The notes below the pieces were generated by a model. That model was not told the origin of the DNA, searched no databases, and saw only the letters and a list, made by a program, of their open reading frames with translations. The position numbers and the translations under genes are program-made. A stretch of DNA of 64,000 nt from Mobula hypostoma (Eukaryota), in assembly GCF_963921235.1 (NCBI RefSeq), contig NC_086109.1:868001-932000 (forward strand), in the 5' to 3' direction. Every line of letters starts with the position of its first letter. The first letter of the stretch is position 1. Below, piece by piece: positions 49,940 to 62,700 of this stretch.

Positions 49940-52900
49940 AGCAGGAGACAGAGTAGGAAGGCTTTGGCTCAATATGGGGCTTTGGCGATAACGGGTTGAG
50001 GTGAGGTAGGTTTCCTGTGTAGAATACAGACAGGCAGATTGTGTGTGAGGCCGGTGTTCTGTGCTTGGTGTCAGATGTGGGAAGTCCGGGAGACTCCAGG
50101 CTTTCCCGGATGGCCACCTCTGCATCAGGTGCGTCGAGCTGCAGCTTGTTAGGGAACTGCAGATGCAACTCGATGACCTTCATCAGGTCAGGGAAAGTGA
50201 GGAGGTGATAGAGAGGAGCTAGAGGCAGGTAGGCACACTGGGGCCTTGGGAGACAGATAAGTGGGTAACAGTCAGGAGAGGGAAGGACAGGGGTCAGAGG
50301 CTAGAGAGTACCCTTGTGGCTGTACCCCTTGACATTAAGTACTCCTGCTTGAGTACTGTTGGGGGGGGGGGAAACGACCTACCTGGGGGAAGGAACAGTG
50401 GCTGTGCCTCTGGCACAGAGTCTGGCCCTGTGGCTCAGAAGGGTAGGGAAAGGAAGAGGATGGCAGCAGTGATAGGGGACTCTATAGTTAGGGGGTCAGA
50501 CAGGTGATTCTGTGGACGCAGGAAAGAAACACAGGTGGTAATTTGCCTCCCAGGTGCCAATGTCCAGTATGTTTCTAATCGCGTCCACAATATCCTGAAG
50601 TGGGAAGGAGAACAGCCAGAGGTCGTGGTACATATTGGTATCAACGACATAGGCAGGAAAAGGAAGGATGTCCTGAAAGCAAAGTGCAGGGAGTTAGGAA
50701 GGAAGTTGAGAAGCAGGACTACAAAGGTAGTGATCTCGGGATTACTGCCTGTGCCACGTGACAGTGAGTATAGGAATAGAGTGAGGTGGAGCATAAATGC
50801 GTGGCTGAAGGATTGGAGCAGGGGGCAAGAATTCAGATTTCTGGATCATTGGGACCTCTTTTGAGGCAGGAGTGACCTGTACAAAAAGGACGGGGTGTAC
50901 TTGAATCCCAGTGGGACCAATATCCTGGCGGAGAGGTTTGCTAAGGCTACTGGGGAGAGTTTAAACTAGAATTGCTGGGGGGTGGGAACCGAACTGAAGA
51001 GACAGAGGAAGAGGTGGTTGGCTCACAAATAGAGAAAGCTTGTAGACAGTGCGAGAGGGTGGATAGGCAGGTAATAGAGAAGGGACGCGCTCAGACTGAT
51101 GGTTTGAGATGTGTCTATTTTAATGCAAGGAGTATCATGAACAAAGTGGATGAACTTAGACCGTGGATCAGTACTTGGAGCTATGATGTGGCTATTATGG
51201 AGACTTGGATGGCTCAGGGGCAGGAATGGTTACTTCGAGTGCCAGGCTTTAGATGTTTCAGAAAGGTGGGGGTGTGGCACTGTTGATCAGAGATAGTGTT
51301 ATGGCTGCAGAAAAGGAGGAAGACATGGAGGGATTGTCAACTGAGTTTCTGTGGGTGGATGTTAGGAACAGGAAAGAGTCAATAATTCTACTGGGTGTTT
51401 TTTATAGACCACCCAATAGTAACAGGGACATCGAGGAGCAGATAGGGAGATAGATTCCGGAAAGGTGTAATAATAACAGGGTTGTCGTGGTGGGAGATTT
51501 TAATTTCCCAAGTATGGATTGGCATGTCCCAAGAGCGAGGTTTAGATGGGGTGGAGTTTGCTAGGTGTGTTCAGGAACGTTTCTTGACACAATGTGTAGA
51601 TAAGCCTACAAGAGAAGAGGCTATACTTGATCTGGTAGTGGGAAATGAACCTGGTCAGATATCAGATCTCTCAGTGGGAGAGCATTTTGGAGATAGTGAT
51701 CACAATGCTATCTCCTTTACCATCGCATTGGAACAGACAAATCAGGAAAGCGTTTTATCGGAGTAAGGGGAAATATGAAGTTATCAGGCAGGAACTTGGA
51801 AGCATAAATTGGGAACAGATGTTCTTAGGGAAATGTATGGAAGCAATATGGAAATTGTTCAGGGGATATTTGCGTGGCATTCTGCAAGGTACGTTCTGAA
51901 GAGACAGAGAGGATGGTAAGGAACAGGAACTGTGGTGTACAAAGGCTGGTGTAAATCTAGTCAAGAAGAAAAGAAGAGCTTATGAAAGGTTCAAAAAACT
52001 AGGTAATGATAGAGATCTAGAAAATTATAAGGCTTGCAAGAAAGAGTTTAAGATTGAAATTAGGAGAGCCAGAAGGAGCCATGAGAAGGCCTTGGCGAGC
52101 AGGATAAGGAAAACCCAAAGGCACTCTACAAGTATGTGAAAGGCAAGAGGATAAAACTTGAGAGAATAGGATCAATCAGGTGTAACAGTGGCAAAGTGTG
52201 TATGTAACTGGAGGAGACAGCAGAGGAACTTAATGAGTACTTTGCTTCAATATTCACTATGGAAAAGGACCTTGGTGATTGTAGGGATGACTTGCAGCGG
52301 ATCGAAAAGCTTAAGCATGTAGATATTAAGGAAGAGGATGTGCTGGAGCTTTTGGAAAGCATCAAGTTGGATAAGTCATCAGAACCGGATGAGATGTACC
52401 CCAGGCTATTGTAGGAGGTGAGGAAGGAGATTGCTGAGCTGGCGATGATCTTTGCATCATCAATTTAGACAGGAGAGGTTCCGGAGGATTGGAGGGTTAC
52501 TGGATGTTGTTCCATTATTCAAGAAAGGGAGTAGAGATAGCCCGGGAAATTATAGACCAGTGAGTCTTACTAATGGATTTCAGCAAGGCATTTGACAAAG
52601 TACATCATGCAAGACTTATTGAGAAAGTAAGGAGGCATGGGATCCAAGGGGACATTGCTTTGTGGATCCAGAACTGGCTTGCCCCCAGAAGGCAAAGTGT
52701 GGTTGTAGATGGATCATATTCTGCATGGAGGTCAGTCGCCAGTGGTGTGTCTCAGGGTTCTTTTCTGGACCCTTATGTGATTTTTATAAATGACCTGGAT
52801 GAGGAAGTGGAGGGATGGGTTGGTAAATTTGCTGATGACACAAAGTTTGGGGGTGTTGTGGATAGTGTGGAGGGCTGTCAGAGGTTACAGCGGGACATTG

Positions 52901-53311
52901 ATAGGATGCAAAACTGGGCTGAGAAGTGGCAGATGGAGTTCAACCCAGATAAGTGTGAGGTGGTTCATTTTGGTAGGTCAAATATGATGGCGGAAAATAG
53001 TATTAATGATAAGACTCTTGGCGGTGTGGAGGATCAGAGGGAGTATGGGGTCCAAGTCCATAGGACACTCAAGGTTCCTGCGCAGGTTGACTCTGTGGTT
53101 AAGAAAGCATACGGTGCATTGGCCTTCATCAATGGTGGGATTGAGTTTTGGAGCCGAGAGGTAATGTTGTAGCTATATAGGACCCTGGTCAGACCTCACT
53201 TGGAGAACTGTTCTCAGTTCTGGTCACCTCACTATAGGAAGGATGTGGAAACCATAGGGTGTAGAGGAGATTTACAAGGGTGTTGCCTGGATTGGGGAGC
53301 ATGCCTTATGA
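49940..53311 (+). mobile_element. Near full-length CR1 (ORF1 zinc-finger/SGNH esterase; ORF2 with an internal RT deletion near 52572)
   Basis: VIGDSIVRGSDR, VVVHIGINDIGR, CVYFNARSIMNK, MDFSKAFDKV, FADDTKFGG. Confidence 0.92.
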
Positions 53312-54049
53312 CAGCGGTCCCCAACCACCGGGCTGTGAGGAAACGATTTGAGTCAGCTGCACCTTTCCTCATTCCCTGTCACGCACCGTTGAACTTGAAC
53401 ATACGGTTGCCAACTGTCCCGTATTTGCCAGGACATCCTGTATATTGGGCTAAATTGGTTTGTCCCGTATTTCCCCCACGAAGGTAGAACATTCCTATGA
53501 AACCTTCCGTGCCGAAATGGCGTGAAGTGGAGAAGCAATTGCTGTACCATTAATTTATATGAGAAAAATTTTTGAGCTTTCCCAGACCCAAAAAATAACC
53601 TAACAAATCATACCAAATAACACATAAAATGGAAAATAATTAGCACTAACATATAGTAAAAGCAAGAATGATATGATAAATACACAGCCTATATAAAGTA
53701 GAAATAATGTATGTACTGTATAGTCGGGAAGATGAAGGCAAAATGGATTTGTGGGGGAAAGAAAAATCGGCACGTACGCGCATGCGCACGTCACGCGTGC
53801 GCACACAGGTGCCCGCGCAAGGCTTCATGGTCATGGTAGTCTTTCCTGGGGTAAAGTGTCCCGGGGTTTGACTGCTACTTTTATCCCTTATTTGGGAGGG
53901 AGAAAGTTGGCAACCCTAACTGTAAAAGACATGTTGAGGTGAGTTTAACCCTACTTGAACACCCCACCCCCTCCCCCGGGTCGGCCGGTCCACAAGAATA
54001 TTGTCAATATTAAACCGGTCCGCGGTGCCAAAAAGGTTGGGGACCCCTG
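53312..54049. mobile_element. Non-autonomous hAT/Charlie-type MITE (738 bp)
   Basis: 15-bp TIRs cagcggtccccaacc / ggttggggacccctg; CpG-rich interior. Confidence 0.85.
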
Positions 54050-54337
54050 CTCTAGTATACACACATTTAAATTCCTCAGGAATGAAGGTATTAGTAGTTT
54101 ACGTTTTATTCTATACATCTCTTCCACATAAGTTTACAGATATCTGCAGAAAGCAAAAAGGTATGATATAAATCCTGCTCTCCAATGCTAATCTCCACTG
54201 GGTCTGATTTTGGGACATTAGTAGGCTGTCAGCCTAATCTGGTTACATAAGTATAATTAGCAACACACACAAAATGCTAGAGGAACTCAGCAGGCCAGGC
54301 AGCATCTATGGGGAAAAAGTATAGTCAGCCCAAAATG

Positions 54338-54731
54338 GCCTTTTCTCCTTGGAGCGACAGAGGATGAGAGATGACCTGATAGAGGTGTATAAGATGATGA
54401 GAGGCATTGATCGTGTGGATAGTCAGAATCTTTTTCCCAGGGCCGAAATGGTTACCACAAGAGGACACAGGTTTAAGGTGCTGGGGAGTAGGTACAGAGA
54501 GATGTCAGGGGTAAGTTTTTTCTCAGAGCGGTGAGTGCGTGGAATGGGCTGCTGGCAATGGTGGTGGAGGCGGATATGATAGGGTCTTTTAAGAGACTTT
54601 TGGATAGGTACATGGAACTTAGAAAAATAGGGGGCTATGGATAAGCCTAGTAATTTCTAAGGTAGGGACATGTTTGGCACAACTTCGTGGACCAAAGGGC
54701 CTGTATTGTGCTGTAGGTTTTCTATGTTTCT
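54338..54731 (+). mobile_element. CR1 3' fragment within a Penelope pLTR remnant (54261-54748)
   Basis: ERQRMRDDLIEVYK..., ttctatgtttct tail, flanked by aaaatg at 54332-54337 and 54732-54737. Confidence 0.8.
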
Positions 54732-54859
54732 AAAATGTCGACTGTACCAACTCGCTGCCTCCTGCCTGTCAGCTATTCCTCTATCCATGCCAGTATCTTT
54801 CCTGTAATGCCATAGGATTTTATCTTGTTAATCAGCCTCATGTGTGGCTCATTATCAAA

Positions 54860-56400
54860 TGACTTGAATTAAATTGAATTGACTTTATTACTTGTATCCT
54901 TCATATACATGAGGAGTAAAAATCTGTACGATATGACTCCGTCTAAATGTGCAATTTAATAGTACAACAGGACAATCAATATAACATAGAATTACAATTG
55001 TATCTGGTGGCCTGGTGGAAGACGCTGTTCCACAGCCTGTTAGTTCTGGCTTTTATGTTACAGTACTGTTTCCCGAATGGTAGCAGCTGGAACAGTTTAT
55101 GGTTGGGGTAACTTGGGTCCCCAGTGATCCTTCAGGTCCTTTTTACACACCTGTCTTTGTAAATGTCCTGAATAGTGGGAAGTTCGCATCTACAGACTGG
55201 GTTGTCCGCACCACTCTCTGCAGAGTCCTGCGATTGAGGGAAGTACAGTTCCCATACCAGGCAGTGATGCAGCCAGTCAGGATGCTGTCAGTTGTGGCCC
55301 TGCAGAAGGTTCTTAGGATTTGGAGACCCATACCAAACTTCATCAACTGTCTGAAGTGAAAGTGCTTTTTTCACCACACAGCTGGTATGTACAGGCCACA
55401 TGAGATCCTCAGTGAAGTGTATGTCGAGGAACTTAAAAGTTGTTCACCCTATCAACCCCAAATCCATTGATGTCAGTAGGTGTTAGCCTGTCTCCATTCC
55501 TCCTAAACATAAAATAATCTGCAGGTGCTGGGATCAAAGCAACACTCACAACACGCTGGAGGAACTCAGCAGGTCGGGCAGCATCCGTGGAAACGATGAG
55601 TCGACATTTCGGGCCGGGACCCTTCATCAGGACATATCAGTCCTGACAAAGGGTTCCGGCCCGAAACGTCGACTCATCATTTCCACGGATGCTGCCCGAC
55701 CTGCTGAGTTCCTCCAGCGTGTTGTGAGTGTTCCTCCATTCCTCCTGTAGTCCACAATCAGCTTCTTTGTTTTTGCGACATTGTGGGAGAGGTTGTTTTC
55801 TTGACACCACTGTGTCAGGGTGATTACTTCTTCTTGTAGGCTGCCTTGTTATTATTTGAGATTAGGCCTATCAATGTAGTATCGTCAGCAAATTTAATTA
55901 GCAGATTGGAGCTGTGGGTGGTGACACAGTCATAGGTATACAGAGAGTAAAGGAGGGGCACCTGTGTTGAGGGTCAGAGGGGCAGAGCTGAGGAAGTCTG
56001 AGATCCAGCTGCACAAGGTAGGGTGAAGGCTGAGGTCTTTGAGTTTCTTGTTGAGCCTGGAGGGAATTATGGTGTTGAATGTTGAACTGTAGTCCAAGAA
56101 CAGCATTCTCACATAAGCATCCTTCTCGAGTTGTGTAAGGATGGTGTGTAGAGCTGTGACTGTTGTGTCATCTGTCAATCAGTTGTGTCGGTAGGCAAAT
56201 TGTAGGGGTCCAGTGTGGGTGGTAGCATGCTGCAGATGTAGTCCTTAACCAGCCTCTCAAAGCATCTGCTTATTATTGAGGTGAGTGCGACAGGACACCA
56301 GTCGTTCAGACATGTTACCTTGGTCTTTTTAGATACAGGGACAATGGTGAATGTTTAGAAGCAGGAAGGCACTCTACACTGGGAGAGAGAGAGGTTAAAA
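54860..56400 (-). mobile_element. Rex1/Babar-type element, decayed
   Basis: YVRMLFLDYSSTFNTIIPSRL, SILTGCITAWYGNC...LQRVVRT. Confidence 0.85.
55505..55733. mobile_element. Penelope pLTR-derived fold-back mini-element with two back-to-back hammerhead motifs
   Basis: 13-bp TSD ctccattcctcct (55492-55504 / 55734-55746); ~93-bp near-perfect inverted repeat (55541-55633 / 55640-55732) around a 6-nt spacer. Confidence 0.9.
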
Positions 56401-56774
56401 ATGCCTTCTGAAAATCCAAGTAAGTGACATCCACTGTCTCTAATGTTTGACTCTGCCTGGCCATACATTTGTCAGTGTAGAGAGAGTACTGTCTACTATT
56501 CTGGTCACCCCATTATGTGGAGAGGCTACAGCAGAAGTTCACCGGTTCCCAGGATTATAGGGTATTAGCTATAAGGAAAGATTGGATGTTCCCGGGATTA
56601 TAGGGTATTAGCTATAAGGAAAGATCGGACTAACTTGGGTTGTCAGATCCAGAAGGGAGCCTGCTAGAGGTTTTTAAAATTATGAAGCATGGACAGTCAG
56701 GGGAGAGATGTGAAACACCAGGAGACACGCTTTTAAGGTTAGAAGGGGCACATTTTTAATGTAGGGTGTAATAG

Positions 56775-57545
56775 TGTGTAATTTCCCTCTTGATACATAT
56801 TTCTGCAAGCTGCAGAAGTGCTGCACCCTGTCCATTCACCTCCTCCCTCACCACTATCATAGCCCCAAACAGTTCTTGCAGATGGGACAACATTTCACCT
56901 ATGAATCTTTCGGGCTGTCTACTCTATCCAGTGCTCTTGATGCACCTGCTCTACATTGGTGAGACCCAATATAGATTGGGGGACTGCTTTGTCAAGCAGC
57001 TCTGCTCCATCTGCAAAAAATAGGATTTCCTGATGGTCAACCATTTTTATTCCAATCCCCATTCCCATTCCGACAAGTTGGTCTAAGATCTCTTCTGCTG
57101 CAAGATTGGAGGAACAGCATGTCATAGTCTGTCTAGGTAGCTTCCAACCTGGTGGCATAAACATTGATTTCTCCAACTTCTGGTAATTTTTTCTTCTTCT
57201 CCTTCCCTCTTCAATTCCCCACTCTGACCTTATACCTCTTCTCACCTGCCTATCACCACCTCAGCTGTCCCTCCTCCTTCCCTTTCTCTCATGGTCCTCT
57301 CTCACTCCTATCAGAGATCTCCTTTTCCAGCCCTTTAATTTTTCCACCTATCTCTTCCCAGCTTCTTGCTTCATCCCCTCCTGCCCTCAACTATCACCTT
57401 CTAATTTGTCCTCCATTCTAGCATCTTTCCCCTTCCTTCCCAGTCCTCATGAAGGGTCTCGGCCTGAAACGTCGACTGTTTATTCATTTCCATAGATGCT
57501 GCCCAACCTGCTGAGTTCCTCCAGCATTTTGTGAGTGTTGCAATA
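56775..57545 (+). mobile_element. Older Penelope GIY-YIG/pLTR fragment
   Basis: LLYIGETQYRLGDCF; pLTR with a mutated hammerhead core (CTCATGA) at about 57442-57477. Confidence 0.85.
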
Positions 57546-57925
57546 GATTTCCAAACTCTTGTGTTTAAAGTTAATGGAGATGCTTTGGGAGCAGTCAGTG
57601 TTACAGTAAAAGAGATTGCATACATTATATATGAAGGCAGACAAATCTCCAGGTCAGAACAACATATATCCAACAACACAATAGGAAAAGTTTATAGTAG
57701 CCCTTGCTGAGATACTTGCAACATTGTAATTCTCTGAAAAGGTGCTGAAGACTGAAGGATAGTACATGTGCCTTTGTCTGATAACTATAGACCCTCTAGC
57801 CTAACATCCGTGGTTGGTAAGTCAATGCAAAGCATTCCAAGAGGTAAGATATTCTCAAATTTATAAAGGCAGGGGTTGATCAGTGGTCATCGCTTCATGC
57901 ATGAGAGGTAGTCTCTTACGAGTTT

Positions 57926-59695
57926 TAGACAATAGACAATAGATGCAGGAGTAGGCCATTCGGCCCTTCGAGCCAGCACCGCCATTCACTGTGATCATGG
58001 CTGATCATCCACAATCAGTACCCCGTTCCTGCTTTCTCCCCATATCCCTTGACTCCACTATCTTTAAGAGCTTTATCTAACTCTTTCTTGAAAGCATCCA
58101 GAGAATTGGCCTCCACTGCCTTCTGAGGCAGAGCATTCCACAGATCCACAACTCTCTGGGTGAAAAAGTTTTTCCTCAACTCCATTCTAAATGGTCTACC
58201 CCTTATTCTCAAATTGTGGCCTCTGGTTCTGGACTCCCCCAACATCGGGAACATGTTTTCTGCCTCTAACGTGTCCAATCCTTTAATAATCTTATACGTT
58301 TCAATCAGATCCCCTCTCATCCTTCTAAATTACAATGTATACAAGCCCAGTCGCTCCAATCTTTCAACATATGACAGTCCCGCCATCCCGGGAATTAACC
58401 TCGTGAACCTCCACTGCACTTCCTCAATAGCAAGAATGTCCTTCCTCAAATTTGGAGACCAAAGCTGGACACAATACTCCAGATGTGGTCTCACCAGGGT
58501 CCTGTACAACTGCAGAAGGACCTCTTTGCTCCTATACTCAACTTCCCTTGTTATGAAGGCCAACATGCCATTAGCTTTCTTCACTGCCTGCTATACCTGC
58601 ATGCTTACTTTCAGTGACTGATGAACAAGGACACCTAGATCTCGTTGTATTTCCCCTTTTCCTAACTTGACACCATTCAAGTAGTAATCTGCCTTCCTGT
58701 TCTTGCTACCAAAGTGGATAACCTCACATTTATCCACATTAAACTGCATCTGCTATGCATCTGCCCACTCACCCAACCTGTCCAAGTCACCCTGCATTAT
58801 CTCAACATCCTCCACACATTTCACACTGCCACCCAGCTTTGTGTCATCTGCAAATTTGCTAATGTTACTTTTAATCCCTTCATCTAAATCATTAATGTAT
58901 ATTGTAAATAGCTGCGGTCCCAGCACCGAGCCTTGCGGCACCCCACTAGCCACTGCCTGCCATTCTGAAAGGGACCTGTTAATCCCTACTCTTTGTTTCC
59001 TGTCTGCCAACCAATATTCTATCCATGTCAGTACCCTACCCCCAATACCATCTGCTCTAATTTTGCCCATTAACCTCCTATGTGGGACCTTATGAAAGGC
59101 TTTCTGAAAGTCCAGGTACACTACATCCACTGGCTCTCCCTTGTTCATTTTCATAGTTACATCCTCAAAATATTCCAGAAGATAGTCAAGCACGATTTCC
59201 CCTTCGTAAATCCATGCTGACTCGGACCGATCCTGCTACTGCTATCCAAATGTGTCGCTATTTCATCCTTTATAATTGACTCCAGCATCTTCCCCACCAC
59301 TGATGTCAGGCTAACTGGTCTATAATTCCCTGTTTTCTCTCTCCCTCCTTTCTTAAAAAGTGGGGTAACGTTAGCTACCCTCCAGTCCTCAGGAACTGAT
59401 CCTGAATCTATAGAACATTGGAAAATAATTACCAATGTGTCCACGATTTCTAGAGCCACATCCTTAAGTACCCTGAGGTACAGACCATCAGGCCCTGGGG
59501 ATTTATCAGCCTTCAATCCCATCAGTCTATCCAACACCATTTTCTGCCTAATGTGAATCTCCTTCAGTTCCTCCGTTACCCTAGGTCCTCCGGCCACTAT
59601 TACATCTGGGGGATTATTTGTGTCTTCCCTAGTGAAGACACATCTAAAGTACCTGTTCAACTTGTCTGCCATTTCCTTGTTCCCCATAATAAATA
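57926..59695 (-). mobile_element. CR1 3' half
   Basis: [44 protein letters not shown]; (ctattgt)n-type tail. Confidence 0.93.
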
Positions 59696-59704
59696 GAGTT
59701 TTGA

Positions 59705-62700
59705 ATCATAGAAAAGTACAGCACAGAAACTGGCCCATCTAGCCTGTGCCGTACCATTTAAATTGCCTAGTTCTATCGACCTGCACTCGGACCGTAGTCC
59801 TCGATAGTCCTACTATTCATGTACCTATCCAAAGTTACCTTAAACATTGAAATTGAAATCGAGCTCGTCCACGCTCTCGTGACCCTCTGAGTGAAGAAGT
59901 TTCCCCTCATGTTCCCCTTAAACTCTTAACCTTTACCCTTAATCCATGACCTCTAGTTGTAGTCCCACCCAACCTCAGTGGAAAAGCCTGCTTATATCCC
60001 TCAATTTTGTATATCTCTGTCAAATCTCCACACAATCTTTTACATTCCAAGGAATAGTCCTAACCTATTCAATTATTCCTGATAACTCAGGTCATCCAAT
60101 CCTGGGAATATCCTTGTAAATTTTCTGTGTACTCGTTCAACTTATTTACATCTTTCATGTAGCTAGATGACCAGATCTGCGTACTATACTCCAAATTAGG
60201 CTTTGCTAATGTCTAATACAACATCAACATAACATCCCATCTCCTGTACCCATTTACTTTGATTTATGAAGGTCAATGTTGCCAAAAGCTTTCTTTACGG
60301 CCACAACTACCCGTACCATCACTTCCAATGTATTATGGACCTGTATTCCTAGATCCCTTTGTTCTTCTGCACTCCTCAGTACCCTGCTGTTCACTCTGTA
60401 AGACCTGCTGTGGTTGGTCTTACTGAAGTACAATACTTAACACATGTCTGCATTAAATTCCATCTGCCATTTTTCAGCTCATATTTTCGGCTGGTCCAGA
60501 TCCCACTGCAAGCTCTGATAGTCTTCCTTGCTGTCCATGACAGCCCCAATCTTGGTGTCATCCACAAATTTGATGATCAAGTTAACCACATTATCATCCA
60601 GATCATTAATATAGATGACAAACAACAACAGACCCAGCATCAGTCCCTGCAGCACTCCATTAGTTACAGGCATCCCGGCAGAGAGGCAACCAAATGCTAC
60701 CGCTCTCTGCCTTCTCCCACAAAGCTAATATCCAATCCAATGTACTACCTCATCTTGAATGCCAAGGGAGTGAACCTTTCTGACCAACGTCCCATGTGAG
60801 ACTTTGACAAATGCCTTGCTGAAGTCCATGTTGACAACATCCACTGCCTTGCCTTCATCAGCTTTCCTGGTAACTTCCTTGAAACAATCTTGTAGAGTTT
60901 TTAGACACGACCTACCATGCACAAAGCCATGTTGACTATCCCTAATCATTCCCTGTATATCCAAGTACCCATATATCTAGTCCCACAGAATACCTTCCAA
61001 TAACTTTCTCACTACTGGTGTCAGGCTCACTGGCCTATAATTGCCTGGTTTATTCTCAGAGCCTTTCTTAAACAGCGGAGAAACATTAACTATCCTCTGA
61101 TACGTCACCTGTCATAGAAATAGAGAAAACCTACAGCATAATACAGGTCCTTTGACCTACAAAGTTGTGCCGGACATGTTGTCAAGAAGGATTTAAATAT
61201 CTCTGCTGGGACCCTTGCAACCTCTGCACTTGCCTCACACAGGGTCCAAGGGAACAGCTTGTTAGGCCTTTGGGGATGTGTCCACCCTAATTTGTCTGAA
61301 GACAGCAAACACCTCCTCTATAGTCTGTAGAGGGACCATAAAGTTGATGCCATTTTGCCTGCTGGCATAGACTCTGTGTCCATCTGAGTAAATACAGATG
61401 CAAAAAATTCATTTAAAATCTCCCCCATCTTTTCTGGCACCACGCATAGATTACCATTCTGATCTTTCAGAGGACCAGTTTTATCCTTCGCAATCATTTA
61501 AATCCCTTGAGTTTTCTCCTTCAGCTTATCTGCTCGGGCAACCTCTTGCCTTCTTTTAGCCCTCATGACTATTTTCTTAAGTGTTCTCTTGCATTTCCTT
61601 TACTCCATGAGTACCCCATTTGTTCCTACTTGCCTGTATATGCTACACACCTTTTTTAACCGAGTCCTCAAATTCTCATGAAATCCAAGGTTCCCTAAAC
61701 CCGTTATTTTTGCCTTTTATTCTGAAAGGCACATAAAAGTTTTGTACTCTCAAAATTTCATTTTTTGAAAGCCTACCACTTACCAAGTATACCTTTGCCA
61801 GAAAGCAACCTGTCACAATCCACACTTGCCAGATCCTTTCTGATAAAATCAAAATTGACTTTTCTCCAGTTTGAAATCTAAACTTGCAGACCAAACTTAT
61901 CCTTTTCCATATTTACTTCAAAACTGATGGAATAATGATCACTAAATGCAGAATATTCCCCAAAGCATTTTTTTTGTCCCCTCCCTGTCTCACTTCCTAA
62001 TAGTAGTTCAAGTATCATGCACCCTTTCCTTGGGCCTTTTTATATACTGATTAAGGAAACTTTCCTGAACATATTTGAGAAACTCTATCCCATCTATTCC
62101 TTTACAGTAGTGGTCGCCAACCCGTCGATCGCAATCTTTGAGACATTCCCAGTAGATCCTGAAAAAATCAAAAATAAATACACGAATACTGTTGTAATGT
62201 GAGCATTGTAAAAATAAGTAATACTAATTAGGGTAATGGTAATTTTGCAAAACTTTCGCTACAGAAAGCTGTTTGTAAAGAGAGATTGTTTCCGGGTTGC
62301 GGGGTTTTAGTTCCATTCTTTCTATCCAGTGCACATGTGTGTAGCTCCCCCACCATGCACCGCGTTTTCAGTATAGCTTGTGCTGCATCAAAGTGACCAG
62401 TTAGATTAGCTAAGAGTACAGACTGTCGCAAGCATCAATATACTGCACTCGCTCGTGATATCTTGATACTGTAGCATGGCGGAGGCTCCATGAAAGAAGG
62501 CGAAAACGTACAAATTCCATCCAGAATGGGAAGAGGAGTTTCTATTTACCTTGGTGAAAGACAAGTGTGTATGTATGTTGTGCCACCAAACACAAGCACT
62601 GACTAAAAGAGGGAATCTGGAGCAGCACCACAACACCAATCACCAATCACCAGAAATTTAAAGACCCCTACCTCGCAAAGAGCGCAATGCGTGCCATGAA

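Noticed and set aside
54050..54260. Unique stretch as TOMM40L exon 2
   Set aside because: No TOM40-like peptide was recognised in it by eye
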